A stretch of DNA of 64,000 nucleotides from the NCBI RefSeq assembly GCF_052425735.1, contig NC_135766.1, positions 27,714,001 to 27,778,000 on the forward strand, given 5' to 3'. A program made the position numbers and the translations under genes. The notes below the pieces were generated by a model, which saw nothing but the letters and a program-made list of their open reading frames with translations, did no database searches and was not told the origin of the DNA. The stretch is from Oculina patagonica. Its lineage: Eukaryota. Shown here one piece after another: positions 49,901 through 63,170 of this stretch; positions within the stretch are counted from its first letter, which is position 1; each line of letters starts with the position of its first letter.

Positions 49901-52900
49901 GTCAAAGACATCAGAATGCTGAAACAAGGCAATGCGTTGGTTACCATGACAACACAAGTGCAAGGTATGTGGATAGTGTCCTCAATCAATTTTTCAATAG
50001 CTCAAAATAAAACCGGTGCAATTAACAGAAGTCAAGTTAAAAGTCATGTTAAGTCCTTTTTTCTTTTTATTTCTTACATCTACCCTTCTCCCTCTAGAAC
50101 TTTTAGTACTTTTAGAACCTTTAGTGCACACCTTCCCAATTTTTGAGATGTTAAGCCAAGACTATACAGTGAAAAAGAAGTTTTTTATATGGTGTTTGAG
50201 TTAAACGTCTACCACATTCTTTTGCACTGTTAATTTTTGCGGTGCTGGGGTATTTAACCGGAATGAACATTAAACAGCCTCAAACATCTATCTTCATTGA
50301 TTAGAAAATTAGCCTTTCTGTAGAAGACCTCCTAAATGATTAGGCCCTTCTTCTTAGAATGACTTGCAATCTTTCATTCATTTACATCGGGTTTTTTCCT
50401 TACGTTTCCACTTCATAACTTTGTATATGTGTTGTAAAAGAACTCTTTCAGAAAACAATTTTAATGTGTTGTCACAGATGTTGCAAAGATGAAAGAGAAA
50501 TGCGCAAAAAGGTCATTGGACAGCAGCACAGTCACAATCGAGATTTCCCCTGCCCCGACAAGTATATTGGTCAGCGGCTTATCACCCACCGCTTCTCACG
50601 ATCTCGTGAGATTGTACTTCGAGAGTGCTCGCAGTCAAGGTGGTGCAGTGGAAAAAGTTCTCTTTACAGGCGAGAATGGGGAAGCTGTTGTTGTCTTTGA
50701 AGATACTCAAGGTAAAATTACTTTCATCGGGGTTGGAATAAAACAATACTGATGTAAAATTGGCCTTTAGCTACGAACTTTTAGTGAGACACGCCCAGCT
50801 TGCTCTTGTAATTTATCGCTTACCTTATATTGTAATACATATTCACAGCTATGACAAAAAATTATTTTACTTTTCTCCGGTTTCGGTAAGGTTTAAGTTA
50901 CTAAAACCTTTAAAGTCATTAGTAATTAATAAAACACAAGTATGAGTAAAGTACTTTTTTGGTTCAGCAGATTATGTGATATTCCTTATCTCCTATTATT
51001 ACACTTAGAGATAGAAAAGTTTGTTTGTCTATGCTTGCCAAAAAGCACGATGCCTATAAGCTGAAGTTCTAAGTCTTTACAAGCAAACAAATGGTTTATC
51101 AGGCTTATCGCCTAGGCGACTAGGAGTATCGCTACTTTTCTTGAATGGATGCATATGGGTGCTAGTGATTTTCAGATTTCCATGACAACTCTGTGGTGTC
51201 CCTTTATACTTCTGTGTGGTGGGCGCTGTGAGACTTGAATGTGTTGATTCGACCCAACCGCTTGGTCCGAAGTCTAATGTTCTAACTATCAGACCACCTC
51301 GTCTCCCACATGTTGGCCTTAATTTTATTTTTTAATTTTTTTTGTAGATATGAAACGGGTCTTAGCGAGGCAGGAAGAGCACCCACACGTTTTGGACGGC
51401 AAACAACTGACAGTGTCAGTCTTCCATGAAGTTCTTCAAGACTTCATCGCAGAAGTAGCAGATCAAACAAGCCCTAGCCCCGTTCACGAAAAGTTTGATG
51501 AAAAGCCAGTACCTCAGCAATCAACACAAAAAACAACACAGCGGTTTCATTTGGTTGTAGATCCTGACATAATGGAGTATGTCCACGAAACATCGCATGT
51601 GGATCGGTTGAGAACTTTGCTGGAGGATGGAAGTTGTGTTATAGATTGGTCGCGCGGCAGTAAGCATGCTGCAATCGTGTACGATGGGAAAACGGAAGGT
51701 AATTCCGGCCAGTGCGTAGATGCCGTGCAGTCGTTTCTCGACAAGTTCGTTAAGTGTGACGTTCAAATAGAAGAAGAACTGTGGAACACTCTAGTGGTAG
51801 ACTCAATGTCTGCCGTTCACGACTGTTTGGGAGGTGATCCCCCGCCGCTTGTGAGAGGTATCACAAAGGAATTGTCGTTTTATCTGAGGATCGTTTCACT
51901 GAAATCCGAAAAGGAGTCCCATGACGAAAATCTGAAGGAGGTATTAGAGGAAATCTACTGTCTGGAGAAGAGAAAGAACTATCGCACTGAAAAATTAACG
52001 AACCTCTCAGAGGAAAGAATTCAACTGCTTCGAAAAACAAACTTCAAACAAAAGCTTCGAGATGAATTCAAGGAACTGACGGTGGAGTTTGATGACGAAA
52101 ACAGAGAAATCTTCTTGGAAGGGCCTGAGGAAGACGTGATAAATGCCAAAATAAGATGTTGTGTACAGGAAGCTAAAATTACTGAAAAACAATTGCATCT
52201 TCCTAAAGGTGTCTTGGAGGTGCTGAATACAGCTGAGGGATTACAAGTAGTTAAAGCCGAAATGGCAGAAAATCAGTTAGAAGCGGTGTTTGTGCTAGAG
52301 GAGGACGAATTCAATCCGCGCGACGTTACTGCCAAGGTACTGGGTATCTCACCTGAGCACGCCCACAAGGCATCCGATCTTATAAGCAGTTTGACAACAG
52401 AAATGGCTCTAAAAATTGAAGAAAGAGATCTCGTCTTGACAACAACGTCTGAATGGGAACAGATCTGTGCCGATATCACAAAGGATGGCAATGCTGTTAT
52501 TCAGAGAGATGAAACTGGTAGAACGTGGGTCGCCGGGTTCTCAAAGGATGTTATTTATTCTGTGAAAAGGTTGAACTCGTTTCTAGAAGAAAATGCTTCA
52601 GAGGCTTTGACAGAAGAGTTTACTTGCCCTTTCAAAGATGCCCGGATTTATCTCAGGAAATATCGCGAGAAAGATCTTATTGCTGCAGAAAAGAGATTGG
52701 AGGCATTTGATGTTAAAATTGTCAACGGGGAAGATGCTAAGACATTCGTCATAACAGGCCAAAAAGAAGGATTAATCCTTGCAAGACGTATGCTTGATGC
52801 ACTCCTTCGTGGAATGTTGACTAAGGACATGAAGCTGCAACAGCCGGGTCTTCGCAAGTTCTTTTCAAGTGGCAAGGGAGATGATCTTGTCAAAAAGGTC

Positions 52901-55900
52901 GAAAAAGATCACGAATGTTTAGTTCGAGTTGAGAAGATTTTCCCGAAGATCAAACGAGAGCGGTCTAAGGCAATATTGGTCGAGTCAGATTCTATGGAGA
53001 GCGAGGATGATGAGACAGTTGATGTCGAAGAAGCGTCCACCTCCCTTCCATCGAAGAGTACGTCTTCATTGTCCGTGACAGCGCAAGGGCACAACATCTC
53101 ATGGAAGACTGGAAACATTGCACAAGAAAAGGTAAGTTTTAAAAACGGATGTCTAGTAAGATAGATTTGATTGCAACGTTGTATACACGCATTCCGCGTG
53201 GCTTTTTTATCTGTGAATATGAATATCCTTCAACAGAGTATATCTTTGTTGTAAAATATAATCATAATAAGCGAGTGGTCGTCTCTCTCTGTGCGCTCAC
53301 TTCCAGGCTCTTCTAGCTACCACTCAAGAGACCCTTGAAATAGTATAACTCTAAAAAAATATGTGTATTGTCTCGGGTTGCTATTACATGTGCGATAGAC
53401 TAACAACTAATCTGAGGCACTGCAAAGATCTCTGTAGAGCTACGTCATCACCTTATTTCTTTTTCATTTGCAATCTCTAATGTCCCTGATCAAATGAGGG
53501 ATAAATTATTTGAACGCAAGAATGAAAGTAGTAAAGTCTGTCATCCTATACAACTTTGAAAAAAAGACAAGGTAGGGAATGTTATATTATCCTTCCGTGT
53601 TTTGCAAGTCGGTGTAACCTTGAGTCATTTACTTTCAGGCTCACACAGTGGTGAGTTCTCAAGGAGCATGCGCTAGTGCAATTAAGCGTTCCGCTGGCCA
53701 AGGAATGCTACCACAAACGCCACCTGCTGGGGAAATTTGTGTTTCTGCAGGATTCAAACTGCCATGTCAACACGTGATTCATACACGCTGTTCAGAGTGG
53801 AATGGAGGCGATGGAGAAGTGGTATGTATACGTTATTGGGAATGCCCTGACAAAAGGTAGCACTTTTGAAACACTAAGCTAGCAATTCTCGTCCCCAGAA
53901 TCCATGATCCTCTGGTCTGCGCCAGGGCAGAGGTCTCGATCCTTGGCGCAGACCAGAAGGACCGTGGACTCTGGGACGAGAATGAGAACTAGCACATGAT
54001 GGGAAGTATTGTTCGAGCGAGCAAATAGATAAGAATTTACATTTTGATAATTGCAATAAAATGGTGTTGTTCCGCTCCTTTCCTCCCAGTTCTTTCTTTA
54101 AAAAAATAGGCATAAACAGTTGCCTCCGTATTTCTATTGAATTAATGAAGCATTTGTGTTGGTTGAGGATAGTTTGAAAAAGCGGTGCGGAAAAAAAGTC
54201 GAACATTTCACGTCAGTTTCTCCAAACGCACACATACATGCGTTTATCGGATATAACTTGATCGAAACGTGGAAGTTTTCTATCTTCTAAATATAAAAGC
54301 TTGAAGTTATAGATCTACATGGGACAAATGAATGTTGTGGTTTAAATTTTTCTTTGGGATTAAACTTCTCAAACCTGTTTGATTTGTAGTTTTGTATTGT
54401 CTCAAAAACAAAAGGGAAATTAACATCAAACTAGTTTTAAAAGATCAAACCAAATATAAATTTAAACCACAACATAAACAAAAAGACAATATCGTCGTTT
54501 TATTTTCTTGTAGTTGTTAATTAACAAGTTTATTTTACTTGATTCTAGACATTGAGAGCTATTGTTCGGAAGTCCCTTTGCAAGGTTGATGAACTCAAAG
54601 GAAGCTCCATTGCTTTTCCTGTGATTGGAACTGGGAATTTACAATTTCCTCGAAATGAAGCTTCAAGAATCATGTTAGACGAAGTGGTCAACTTTTGCCA
54701 TAATAATCCACATTCCTCTGTGAAAGATATTCGTTTTGTTATCTTTGACCAAGATCAAAGCCTGATTGCCGCATTTGAGCAGGAGATAAGCTCTTTTCAG
54801 ATAAGCCTTGGAATGTCTCTTCCAAACGAAAACGAACTCACATGGTGGCGAAAGGTCGAGGTTGTTCAAGGTAACCTGACACAAGAGAGAGTCGACGCCA
54901 TTGTCAACATCATAGGTAAGGACATGGACTTGTTCAAGGCTGGAGAACTAAGCAAAGCAGTTGCCAAAGCCGGTGGAGACCAAGTGATTCAAGAATGCAA
55001 GAGTCTGGGACAGCAATCAGGTGGGTCGGCCGTGACGACAAGTGGCGGAGATTTACCAGTGCGTCGCATCATCCATCTAGTGCCAGAATCCTCGAACAAA
55101 CAGCACCTCCGGACCTGTCTTGAAAAGTGCCTTCTCCTCGCCAGTCAGAAGGGTTTCAGATCCATTGCAATTCCTGCCGTTGGAACAGGTGCGTACCACA
55201 TGACAGGCACAGATTCTGCGCAACTAACCTTCCAAGCTTTGAGCAACGTAAGAGGAAACTGCTCAAACCTGTCCCGAATCAGAATAGTTATTTATCAACG
55301 TGACATGCTTGGAGCCTTCACTCAAGAGTATCAACGCGTCATGCAGTTAGCAGGACAAAATTCAAATGTTCCGGCTCCAGCAGCGAAGACGGCGACAACG
55401 AAGAAAACAAAATCAACGAGGAAAGTTTTAGCAAAGAAGAGAAAGCGCCCGCCAGTGAGGTCATCACAAAGCGAGTCGACTGTCAACATCTCAGTCACTG
55501 CTGCGAATGAAAGAGTTGTAAAAAGCGCATTAGAATCTTTGAAGACAGGGTTCTCTGAGGCCTGCACTAGTCAAGAGATTTCCAACGAATGTGTGAGCCA
55601 GCTGTCGGACAGGCAGGTCAGCGTCCTGCTCCAAAAGTCTAAAGAGCGAGATGTTGAACTTAAGATCGAAACTGCTGTGAATCGACTTGAAGTTCGCGGT
55701 GACGCAAATGATGTTACAGTTATGATTGGGGAGATCTGGCGGGAACTAAACGAAAGAGACAGGAGAACAAGAGACCGCGAGCACGCCAAGCTGTTGGCCG
55801 GTCACGTGGAATGGCGGTATGCTATATTTGGCAAAACCAATCGTTTTGGTTCAACCAGGAACGCTAAGATCGAGGAGGCGTACAGTAAAAATCATCGTAG

Positions 55901-57686
55901 CGTAAGAGTTAATATTCGAGGTGATACGTTTGAACTGAGCTTCAAGGACAACACAGGAATAGGACTTTTGTCAGGAGTGGATATAACAATCAGCCGCAAG
56001 GTACTGGGTCCAAGTGAAGGTAAGAAATGTCGCTCGATGTTGTAGGAATTTTTTTTGTGTGGAATGAAACTTTGCTGTGAAAGTTTGTTTTCTTCCTGGT
56101 CCAATTTCTCTCCGGCCCTGGATTGCAAAAGTCTTAAACACTGGGTGGTTATTTGTAAGGATATTGGTTAGAACATAACAAACCATGTTATAGGCACCAC
56201 CTTTGAACGAGCGAAAAAAAAAAAACGATTTCAATTAACCTCCAGGGAGACGTTATTTTACGTCTCATAACTGTTGGGGGGGGGGGGGTGCTTAAGAAAG
56301 GGAGGGAGTTTATAAAATATTTCCAATTCGCATTGTCATGCTCTATTTATTTGTTCAAAGTTTCTATTAAAACAAAACAAAACAAAACAAAACAAATGGT
56401 GATTGATATTTACCGTCAATTGCAAGTCAAACTCACAATTCACCTGCTGTAGTAAAGGGAGGGAGGGAGGGAGGCTTATTTGCAGTTTAATCCCAGAACA
56501 TGCAGGATCCCTTTACTGATGGTGTTAGGCTCCTTTCCTGAATGGGAGTTGAGTAAAAGAGAGAGGATAATTATTGCAAGGGGATAAATGGATAAAAATA
56601 AAGTGTTTCCATTTCTTAACTTATCGTTTGCTTTTTGCTTTTTAATGTAATCACAGGACTGATTTCACTTCCTGGTCACTGGGCACCAATGCCAAAACAG
56701 CGTAACGGGAATGACGTCACGGTGCATACAGTAAAACTCGCTTCCCACTCGACTGAGTTCCAGAATGTCGTGCAAGCGTTTCAAAGGACCGCGGGCTCAG
56801 CAGTCATCAGAAGCGTCGAACGAATTCAAAACCCACTGCTGTACCAGGCATACCAGCTGAGAAAACAAAAAATGGACAAAGATAACAGTGGCAACAATGA
56901 ACGGCAGTTGTTCCATGGGACGGCTTCACGAAACGTAAAGAAAATCAATTCCCAGGGATTTAACAGAAATTTCTCTGGTGTCGCACACGGTAAGTTAGAT
57001 TTAGTGTAACATCGTCGCTCAGTTACAGTTTTGACTCCCTCATAAAACAGACCGTTTACAGCGTCTACTTTCAACGAAAAAAACGCGTTAGAAACGGCGA
57101 GCGAACACGGTGAAAGGAGCGTAAGCGCAAAACACGAGGGACTGGGGAATAAGAAGGAGAAGCAAGTTTTTTCCCCGCGTTCAACGCAGTAACAGCTAAC
57201 GTTCGAAGAAAAATACGAAAAAATAGATGGCTTTGAACAGTCTATCAAAAAAGATCATGAATACCAAAATAGTGATAGTTCCCATGCCAGGCTTTTTGCG
57301 TAGCCTTACCGGCCTTTTAATAATTAACAACAAGAGCTAGCTCGCGTGGTTTTTATTATTAGATATTTTGTACAGTATGTAAATAACACTTGCCCATTAT
57401 TTCCTCAGGAACCGCCCTGGGTAAAGGAGTTTATTTTGCGAGAGATGCCTCCTACTCAATGCGATACGCTGTTCAGGGTACCAGTGAGGGTAGCTTTATG
57501 TACCTTGCCCGGGTTCTGGTGGGGCGATATTGTCATGGCGGCCCTAAGTTGGTTGTACCTCCCCCGAGGAATCCTTCGCGACCGGAAGTTCTGTTTGATT
57601 CTGTGGTGGACGACACAAGTAGCCCAGGGATTTTTGTTGTGTTTTCCGACAGTCAGTGCTATCCGGAATACCTTATTTCCTTCTGA
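46995..57686 (+). CDS. PARP14-like: PARP14-like mono-ADP-ribosyltransferase, copy B. Exons 46995-47044, 47425-49964 (frameshift at ~48744), 50478-50711, 51348-53131, 53639-53821, 54549-56019, 56657-56989, 57409-57686. First coding exon is 45720-45739 or 46616-46680.
   Basis: All GT-AG junctions chain in phase. Two RRMs, a KH array, two macrodomains (SIAFPVIGTGNL; GNLTQERVDAIVN..SIAIPAVGTG), WWE (VEWRY..KIEEAY), and an ART domain (LFHGT, GKGVYFA, IFVVF..QCYPEYLI). Confidence 0.92.
47832..48780 (+). repeat. Coding degenerate 57-nt (19-aa) tandem repeat, about 16 units
   Basis: SGTSGHESQKEACDGLDDD / SGSTSLVDGQGVSDRDGND / SGSTRSAKGKGTCSLSVLD / SGRTAHAYSKTTCDGIDDC. Confidence 0.8.
49020..49705 (+). 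repeat. Coding acidic tandem repeat (~3.5 units) with (GAA/GAG)n poly-Glu tracts
   Basis: Unit VNSWN-(E)n-GDYW.DEYE.GSY...P....LPLSSS.DY. Confidence 0.9.
51110..51310 (-). mobile_element. Degraded tRNA-derived SINE-like repeat in an intron
   Basis: Minus-strand tRNA-like head GGTGGTCTGATAGTTAGAA...GGGTCGAATC. The body is related to a fragment at 63610-63675. Confidence 0.4.
53884..53983. mobile_element. Short palindromic MITE
   Basis: ATTCTCGTCCCCAGA...TGGTCTGCGCCA / TGGCGCAGACCA...TCTGGGACGAGAAT. Confidence 0.6.
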
Positions 57687-57710
57687 TGCTTCTGTTAATG
57701 GAGAGATTAA

Positions 57711-58074
57711 AGGGACTATGTCACCGATTTTACCAGATTTTTGGACAGCCAAAAAAAATGATGATCCATTTTTATCAACAATTGCTATTTTAGAGCACTA
57801 AAACTGTTTTAAAGCGCGTTTGGCTGCGGACGGCTCGGATGGAAACGGATCGCAATGATTTCAAAACGTTAGCCAACGTTTTCAAGCTGTTTCCGCGCGC
57901 CTTCGAAAAAAAAAAAATCGATATTTATAGCCGAAGTTTGATTTCTATCCCGAAAAAAAGGTTGTATCTTCAGTTAAAAGTTTAATGATAATGTTTTTGA
58001 TGGGTAAAGCTCCCTACCACTTATTTCAGGACAGTTTTGACCAAAAGTCTGCAAAACCCCGTGACATAGTCCCT
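57711..58074. mobile_element. Kolobok-like MITE just after the copy B stop codon
   Basis: TTAA|AGGGACTATGTCAC ... GTGACATAGTCCCT|TTAA. Confidence 0.75.
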
Positions 58075-58341
58075 TTAAAAAGCATGACGTTTATTTTTCC
58101 CGCGAACGGCAAAAAAAAAAAAATCAACTTCTGCCGTCTGCCGTTTGGTTTTCGTGTGCGGAAATGAGACTTTTTGTGTTTGTCGTGAATGTGGAATTTT
58201 TTCCCTAACTTTTAAGAGGGATTTATTTTAGAACTCGATAAATAAGGGCCAGGAAACAAAATGAAAGGCGAGCTCGTTTGCCGTATAACGTCAGGCTTAA
58301 TCTCTCTGCTATCAGTTAGGGTGGAGATACCGCACGAAATG

Positions 58342-58764
58342 CCCAGGGGGGGGGGGGGGGGGGTACTCCGGCTTGTAAAGGACGGGGATGATCGAATGGA
58401 GGCAAAATTCAGGACCCAAAAAAAATCCCTAAGTCTTCCGACATTACCCAAAAAAAATCCCTGAACCAAAAATAACCCCCCAAAAAATCCCTTGTCAAAT
58501 TACCCCTAAATTGCCAGGAGGTGCAATAAAATAACACAAAGAACGCTCGTTTTGTTTATTCATCATACCATAAATACGCCAAGGCCGCGCCAAGGCACAT
58601 TAGTTCGTTTTTAATACCCAAAAAATCTCCCATCTAAATTAAGATACCCAAAAAAATACTTGCCAAATTTTCCAACCCAAAAAAATCCCGGAATCGAAAA
58701 TTTCAAACCCAAAAAAATCCTTCGATCATCCCCGTCATTAACAAGTCGGAGTACCCCCCCTGGG
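58342..58764. mobile_element. MITE with 8-bp TSD
   Basis: CCCAG(G)nTACTCC ... GGAGTA(C)nTGGG. Perfect TSD ACGAAATG. Internal ACCCAAAAAAATCCC repeats. Confidence 0.85.
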
Positions 58765-59350
58765 ACGAAATGGCAACAGGCTTGCAATTAGATTTCACAA
58801 ACGTTTGTAACCAGCATGCAAGAAGCAAAGGAGTCTTGTCGCAGCTGTTGTTCTGGTCGTCACGCAACGCTTTCCGCCACAAGTAACATGAAATGAACGA
58901 TTGCGTGATGTTTTGAATACCGGCTGCACAGTTGCTATGGAAATAAAAGCAGTTTGTTCATGCATGTACCAAACCCGAAAGGTGAAGCATCAAAATAAAT
59001 ATTCTGTTTTTGATCAACACTGCCGATTTTTCCAAGGGGGGGGGGGGTCAGAGTGTAAACCGGTATCAGGTGAAAAGTGGAAGATGGCGTCACCCGTTGT
59101 GTCTCCACATTTCTTGATATAAAAACAAAAATGTTTTTTGGTTAGTTGGAAAACTCTGTACATATGAAATAAAAGGTTGACATTAAGTTTGTTCATTGAC
59201 CTGCGTTTTCTTCTGTTTCTGTTCAAGTCACTGAGACTGCGAGCAATCTCGCCTAACCTCTAAAACCCGCGAGGGGGGGGGGGGGGGGGGCGACGAACAT
59301 CTGGCAGATCGCGCTCGTTCCCCACAGATTTTAGTAAAAAAGAAAGATTA

Positions 59351-61093
59351 CCTTATTATAGGAAATTAACGCTTGTGTTAATTAAGGTATTCGAAATTAA
59401 CGCGACTTAAATTAACGCGAATTGAAGAAAAAATTACTTTCCAATAATAGAAATTAACGCGAAAGAGGGGGTAACATTTCAAAATGAAGGAAATTAACGC
59501 GACATAAACAACAGGGACAAGTTTAGTTCAACACTTGTAGGCGTATAATCTTAAACTAAAACAATGTTCGTGGTACTTTTCCCACTTTGAGTGCTTCGAA
59601 GTATCAATGACAGTGGCAAGATAAAATTATGCTTTTTCCTTGGAGTCAAGAACTTCTGGACTGTAACGAAATATTGGGGCCAAAATAATTTGAAGCTCGG
59701 TAAAGCTCGCAGGACTTTATTGACTTTATCTTCAACTTGAAGATTTCAGTTCCACAGGACTACAACAGAATACACTTAATAACTAAACATTAACATTAAC
59801 AAGCTAACAACTAACTCTTGGTCGTGAGGGAAAAATTCTCCTCAAGTTCTTTTAGTGATTCATTATAACAGTTTAAAATATCACAGATAAAGTGGGCGCT
59901 TAGATTCAAGATATTTTCATCGCACATAGCTAAGATATATATAAAAAGTGCCTTATAATTCAAATTTAAAATTTATTTATTGTTATTCTAAGATGAGAAA
60001 ATGATGAGTGGGTGCATTTCATCAAAAAATGGAACTCGTCACCAATAGATGACTTACAGAATGGGCAAAGTCTCTCATCTCGAGGTATCTTCTTGTAACG
60101 ACCTGATTCAATAGGCAGTTGATGACTAGAAATCCGCATTTTGGTTATCGCCACTCTTTGATTGACATTTTTTATTATCCTTAGATAAGGTTCAAACCTA
60201 ACTTCGTTTTTTATTTCGCCGTAAAGACTTAATTTGTTTCCAATTGAAGGATCTAATTTATCCTTATTTATATTTTTCAACCAATGAACCTGAAATTGTT
60301 TTGAAAGATTATTTTTAAACAACCTTAACAGGTTGGGTATTTTACTTCTTTCAAAAGTTGAAAAATCTATTGTCATCACATCTAATTTAGTAAAACGCAA
60401 AAGGTGTTTAATAGTGGTAAACCAAGAGTGCTTACCAGTGTTATCCAATTGAATGTTTGTCTCAAGAGCACTACTTAACATTTTGTTTTCCGAGAATGTA
60501 AGAAGTCTCAAAAAGTATTTAAAAATTGTACTATAAATAAGGAGGTGAAGGGGAAAGCGTCCAAGATCTCCTTTTACTGCGAGGTTACTTGCTTTGGAGT
60601 GAACCCCTAGAGCCATTTTGCATACTTTATTATGCATAGTTTCGGGGATTATTCGTTCATCAAAAACTTTGGAAACAAATTTATCGTAATTACCCCCAAA
60701 CAATTTTAAAAAACAACCCCAAATTTCACAGTTGTACAAAAGGATTGGCTGTATAAGAGAATCGAAAAGCTTAAGAATTGTTGTGACAGAGGCACCATTG
60801 TAAATGTTAATCTCTGATAGGAAACTATATAAAGACCTTGTAGCTTTATTATACAGCTTCTTCTGTGCCAGTGAGAAAGAGCCAGAGATTGTGAAAACAA
60901 TCCCTAGATAGACGTAGCTATCAGTTATTTGTAATGGTTGTTTACCAACCTGGAAATTAACGTCATGGAAATTAACGCTCCACTTAATTAACGACGCGGA
61001 AATTAACGTTAACAAAAATTAATGCGACTTAAATTAACGCGAAAATGTGAAATTCGCGTTAATTTCATGACGCGTTAATTTCCTATAATAAGG
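59351..61093. mobile_element. Non-autonomous TIR element carrying a LINE fragment
   Basis: 22-bp TIR CCTTATTATAGGAAATTAACGC. AAATTAACGC subterminal repeats at both ends. Confidence 0.75.
59830..60950 (-). pseudogene. 5'-truncated non-LTR retrotransposon ORF2 C-terminus (end of RT/thumb and CCHC finger; RTE-X-like)
   Basis: YVYLGIVF, LFDSLIQPILLYNCEIWG, RISSHQLPIESGRY..PRDERLCPFC...DEFHFLMKC. Confidence 0.8.
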
Positions 61094-62974
61094 ATCGCTG
61101 TCTATCTTCAGTTCTGTTTGTGTGGTACTGTCAGCCGTCCTCTCGTCCCAGCCCCCAACGGACTATTTGTATGGGTACAGAAAACGAAATCATAGCTCTT
61201 ACTACAACGACGAGTTAGGCGGCATTCCAAATAACCCCAAACTGAAAAATAAAATTCTTGACTGTTAGCAGTCTCTTTCTTTTCCTAGCGTGCGACGCAA
61301 AAACGCGAATGCTAGCCACATTTAATAATTCCTCCCCGTTTTCCCCCTCATTTGTATAATTTCAACTCTTCCGGTCGCGCGAAGCATCAGGAACAAAATC
61401 CGATTGCTCTACATCTTATGTCAGACTTTTACAGCTCCGTATACCTATATGTAGGCCAAATATACCTATAGCTGATATGTGGAATAACCCCGTCCCCCTA
61501 CCACCCGCCCTGTAACAGATAGCGAGGGTGATCTTTAGAGTGTGTGACTCGTGATGTTGTGTGACAAGCAAACGACATCATGTTTCACGCTCGAGCGCGC
61601 GCGGTGTTGGCGGATAGTATTTTGGCGCCACTGTTTGCTCGGGCTGCCGAATTCGAAGCGGTCACGTTACTGATTGAAACTGTAAGCTTTGAAATCCATT
61701 TGATTCCTTGAAAGATTCGCATACAGCGCTTAACTGGTTCAATCGAGTGGAGAAGAACGAGGAAAAGAAGAACTTCTGCATCAATCAGGTGAGGAATACG
61801 TCCCAAATGATTCGTCCAGACAGATCTGTGTTTTTAGATTTTGAACGTTTATAAAAGGCGCTCGATGATAAGTTCGCACGTTTATTATTGTGGTTGAATC
61901 GCGCTTTTGTTTTCTTGTGTTAAGACTCTATAGATTTACAACGCAACCTGATTATAAGGGCACCATTTGAATTATGTTTTTGTTTTGCCTCCGTAAAGAA
62001 ATCCATTCAGAACACTCAATCCTTAGAAAACACGTGTAAACACGAACTTGTGACATTGATCGCATCGATTTCCTGACGTCGGTTTAATAAGCTTTTCAGT
62101 TTTCTTCCGACCTAGCAGCCTTGGGTAACCGAGGTATTTCTTTAAAGCTTCGTGTCAGAATTATTTTTTTTAAAGCTGGCTTGCGATTCGACTGGCGATC
62201 GAGCGGTCAAAGAAGCTAACATGGCAGGCCAAATCTGATCTGTTGATCTGGCCGCAGCCATTTATCCCTGCACGCGGTGTGACAGCAATATTTTAGTGTT
62301 GTTTCCTTTAAGGCCTCTCATAAATGTTCGCTGGGATATTCTTTTGTTTATCGGGTGTCATCTGCTCGTTTGTACAGCCAAGCGAATTCAGCAATTCACA
62401 ATCCTACTCTATTATTTTATTACAAAGCAAAAACAAGAGATTCATTATTTGCGTCTTGAAGTTGTCACCTATTACAAGTCAACTCGGTGTCACTTTGTCA
62501 CACAAAGGGTCGGAAACTACATGTCACACAACACACGCGTTTTGTGTATTCCTTTCAAAACTGGATATTTTTACTGACATATATAGAGTTCAGTGAAACC
62601 AGAAGATGTTCGTGATCTAACTTAAATTCACGGTTCAATAGGAATGGATCAATTTTGTAGATGTGGTGATAATAAATTTTCAAACAATTTCTTAGCTTTT
62701 AGGCGCCTGTGCAAAGCTACTGTCTATTGTTATAGTTCATAGTTCATAGGGCCGGATGGATAGTGCCCGCCCGTGAAATTTCTTGTAAACAAGCAGGCTA
62801 CAGACAGAAAAAAAACCACTAAATTCGCTGCATTTAGTGGGTTTCTTGTCTGTTTTTGTCTCGTTTGTTACATTTCGGCATTCAATTGAGTAATTTACCC
62901 TGAAAAGTAAAAAAATAATTCACGATGCTCGCGTTTTTGATTGGGCGCGCGGAAGAAAATTTAGTGGTGAACAA

Positions 62975-63170
62975 TAAAAACAATAGAGTGTTTCCATCTC
63001 GGAACTGTCGGTCTGATAGTTGCCCCTTGGAAATTAAATGTTCTTAAAACTAGCATATTAGCTCTCGAACCTGCGCTTTTTCGCGCTAATATTTGTTTTA
63101 AAAACATCAAATTCCCGCGGGGCAACTATCAGCCGATAGTTCCATGACAGACGGAAACACTCTATTGTTT
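62975..63170. mobile_element. Palindromic MITE-like repeat
   Basis: AAACAATAGAGTGTTTCC..GATAGTTGCCCC / GGGGCAACTATC..GGAAACACTCTATTGTTT. Confidence 0.6.
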
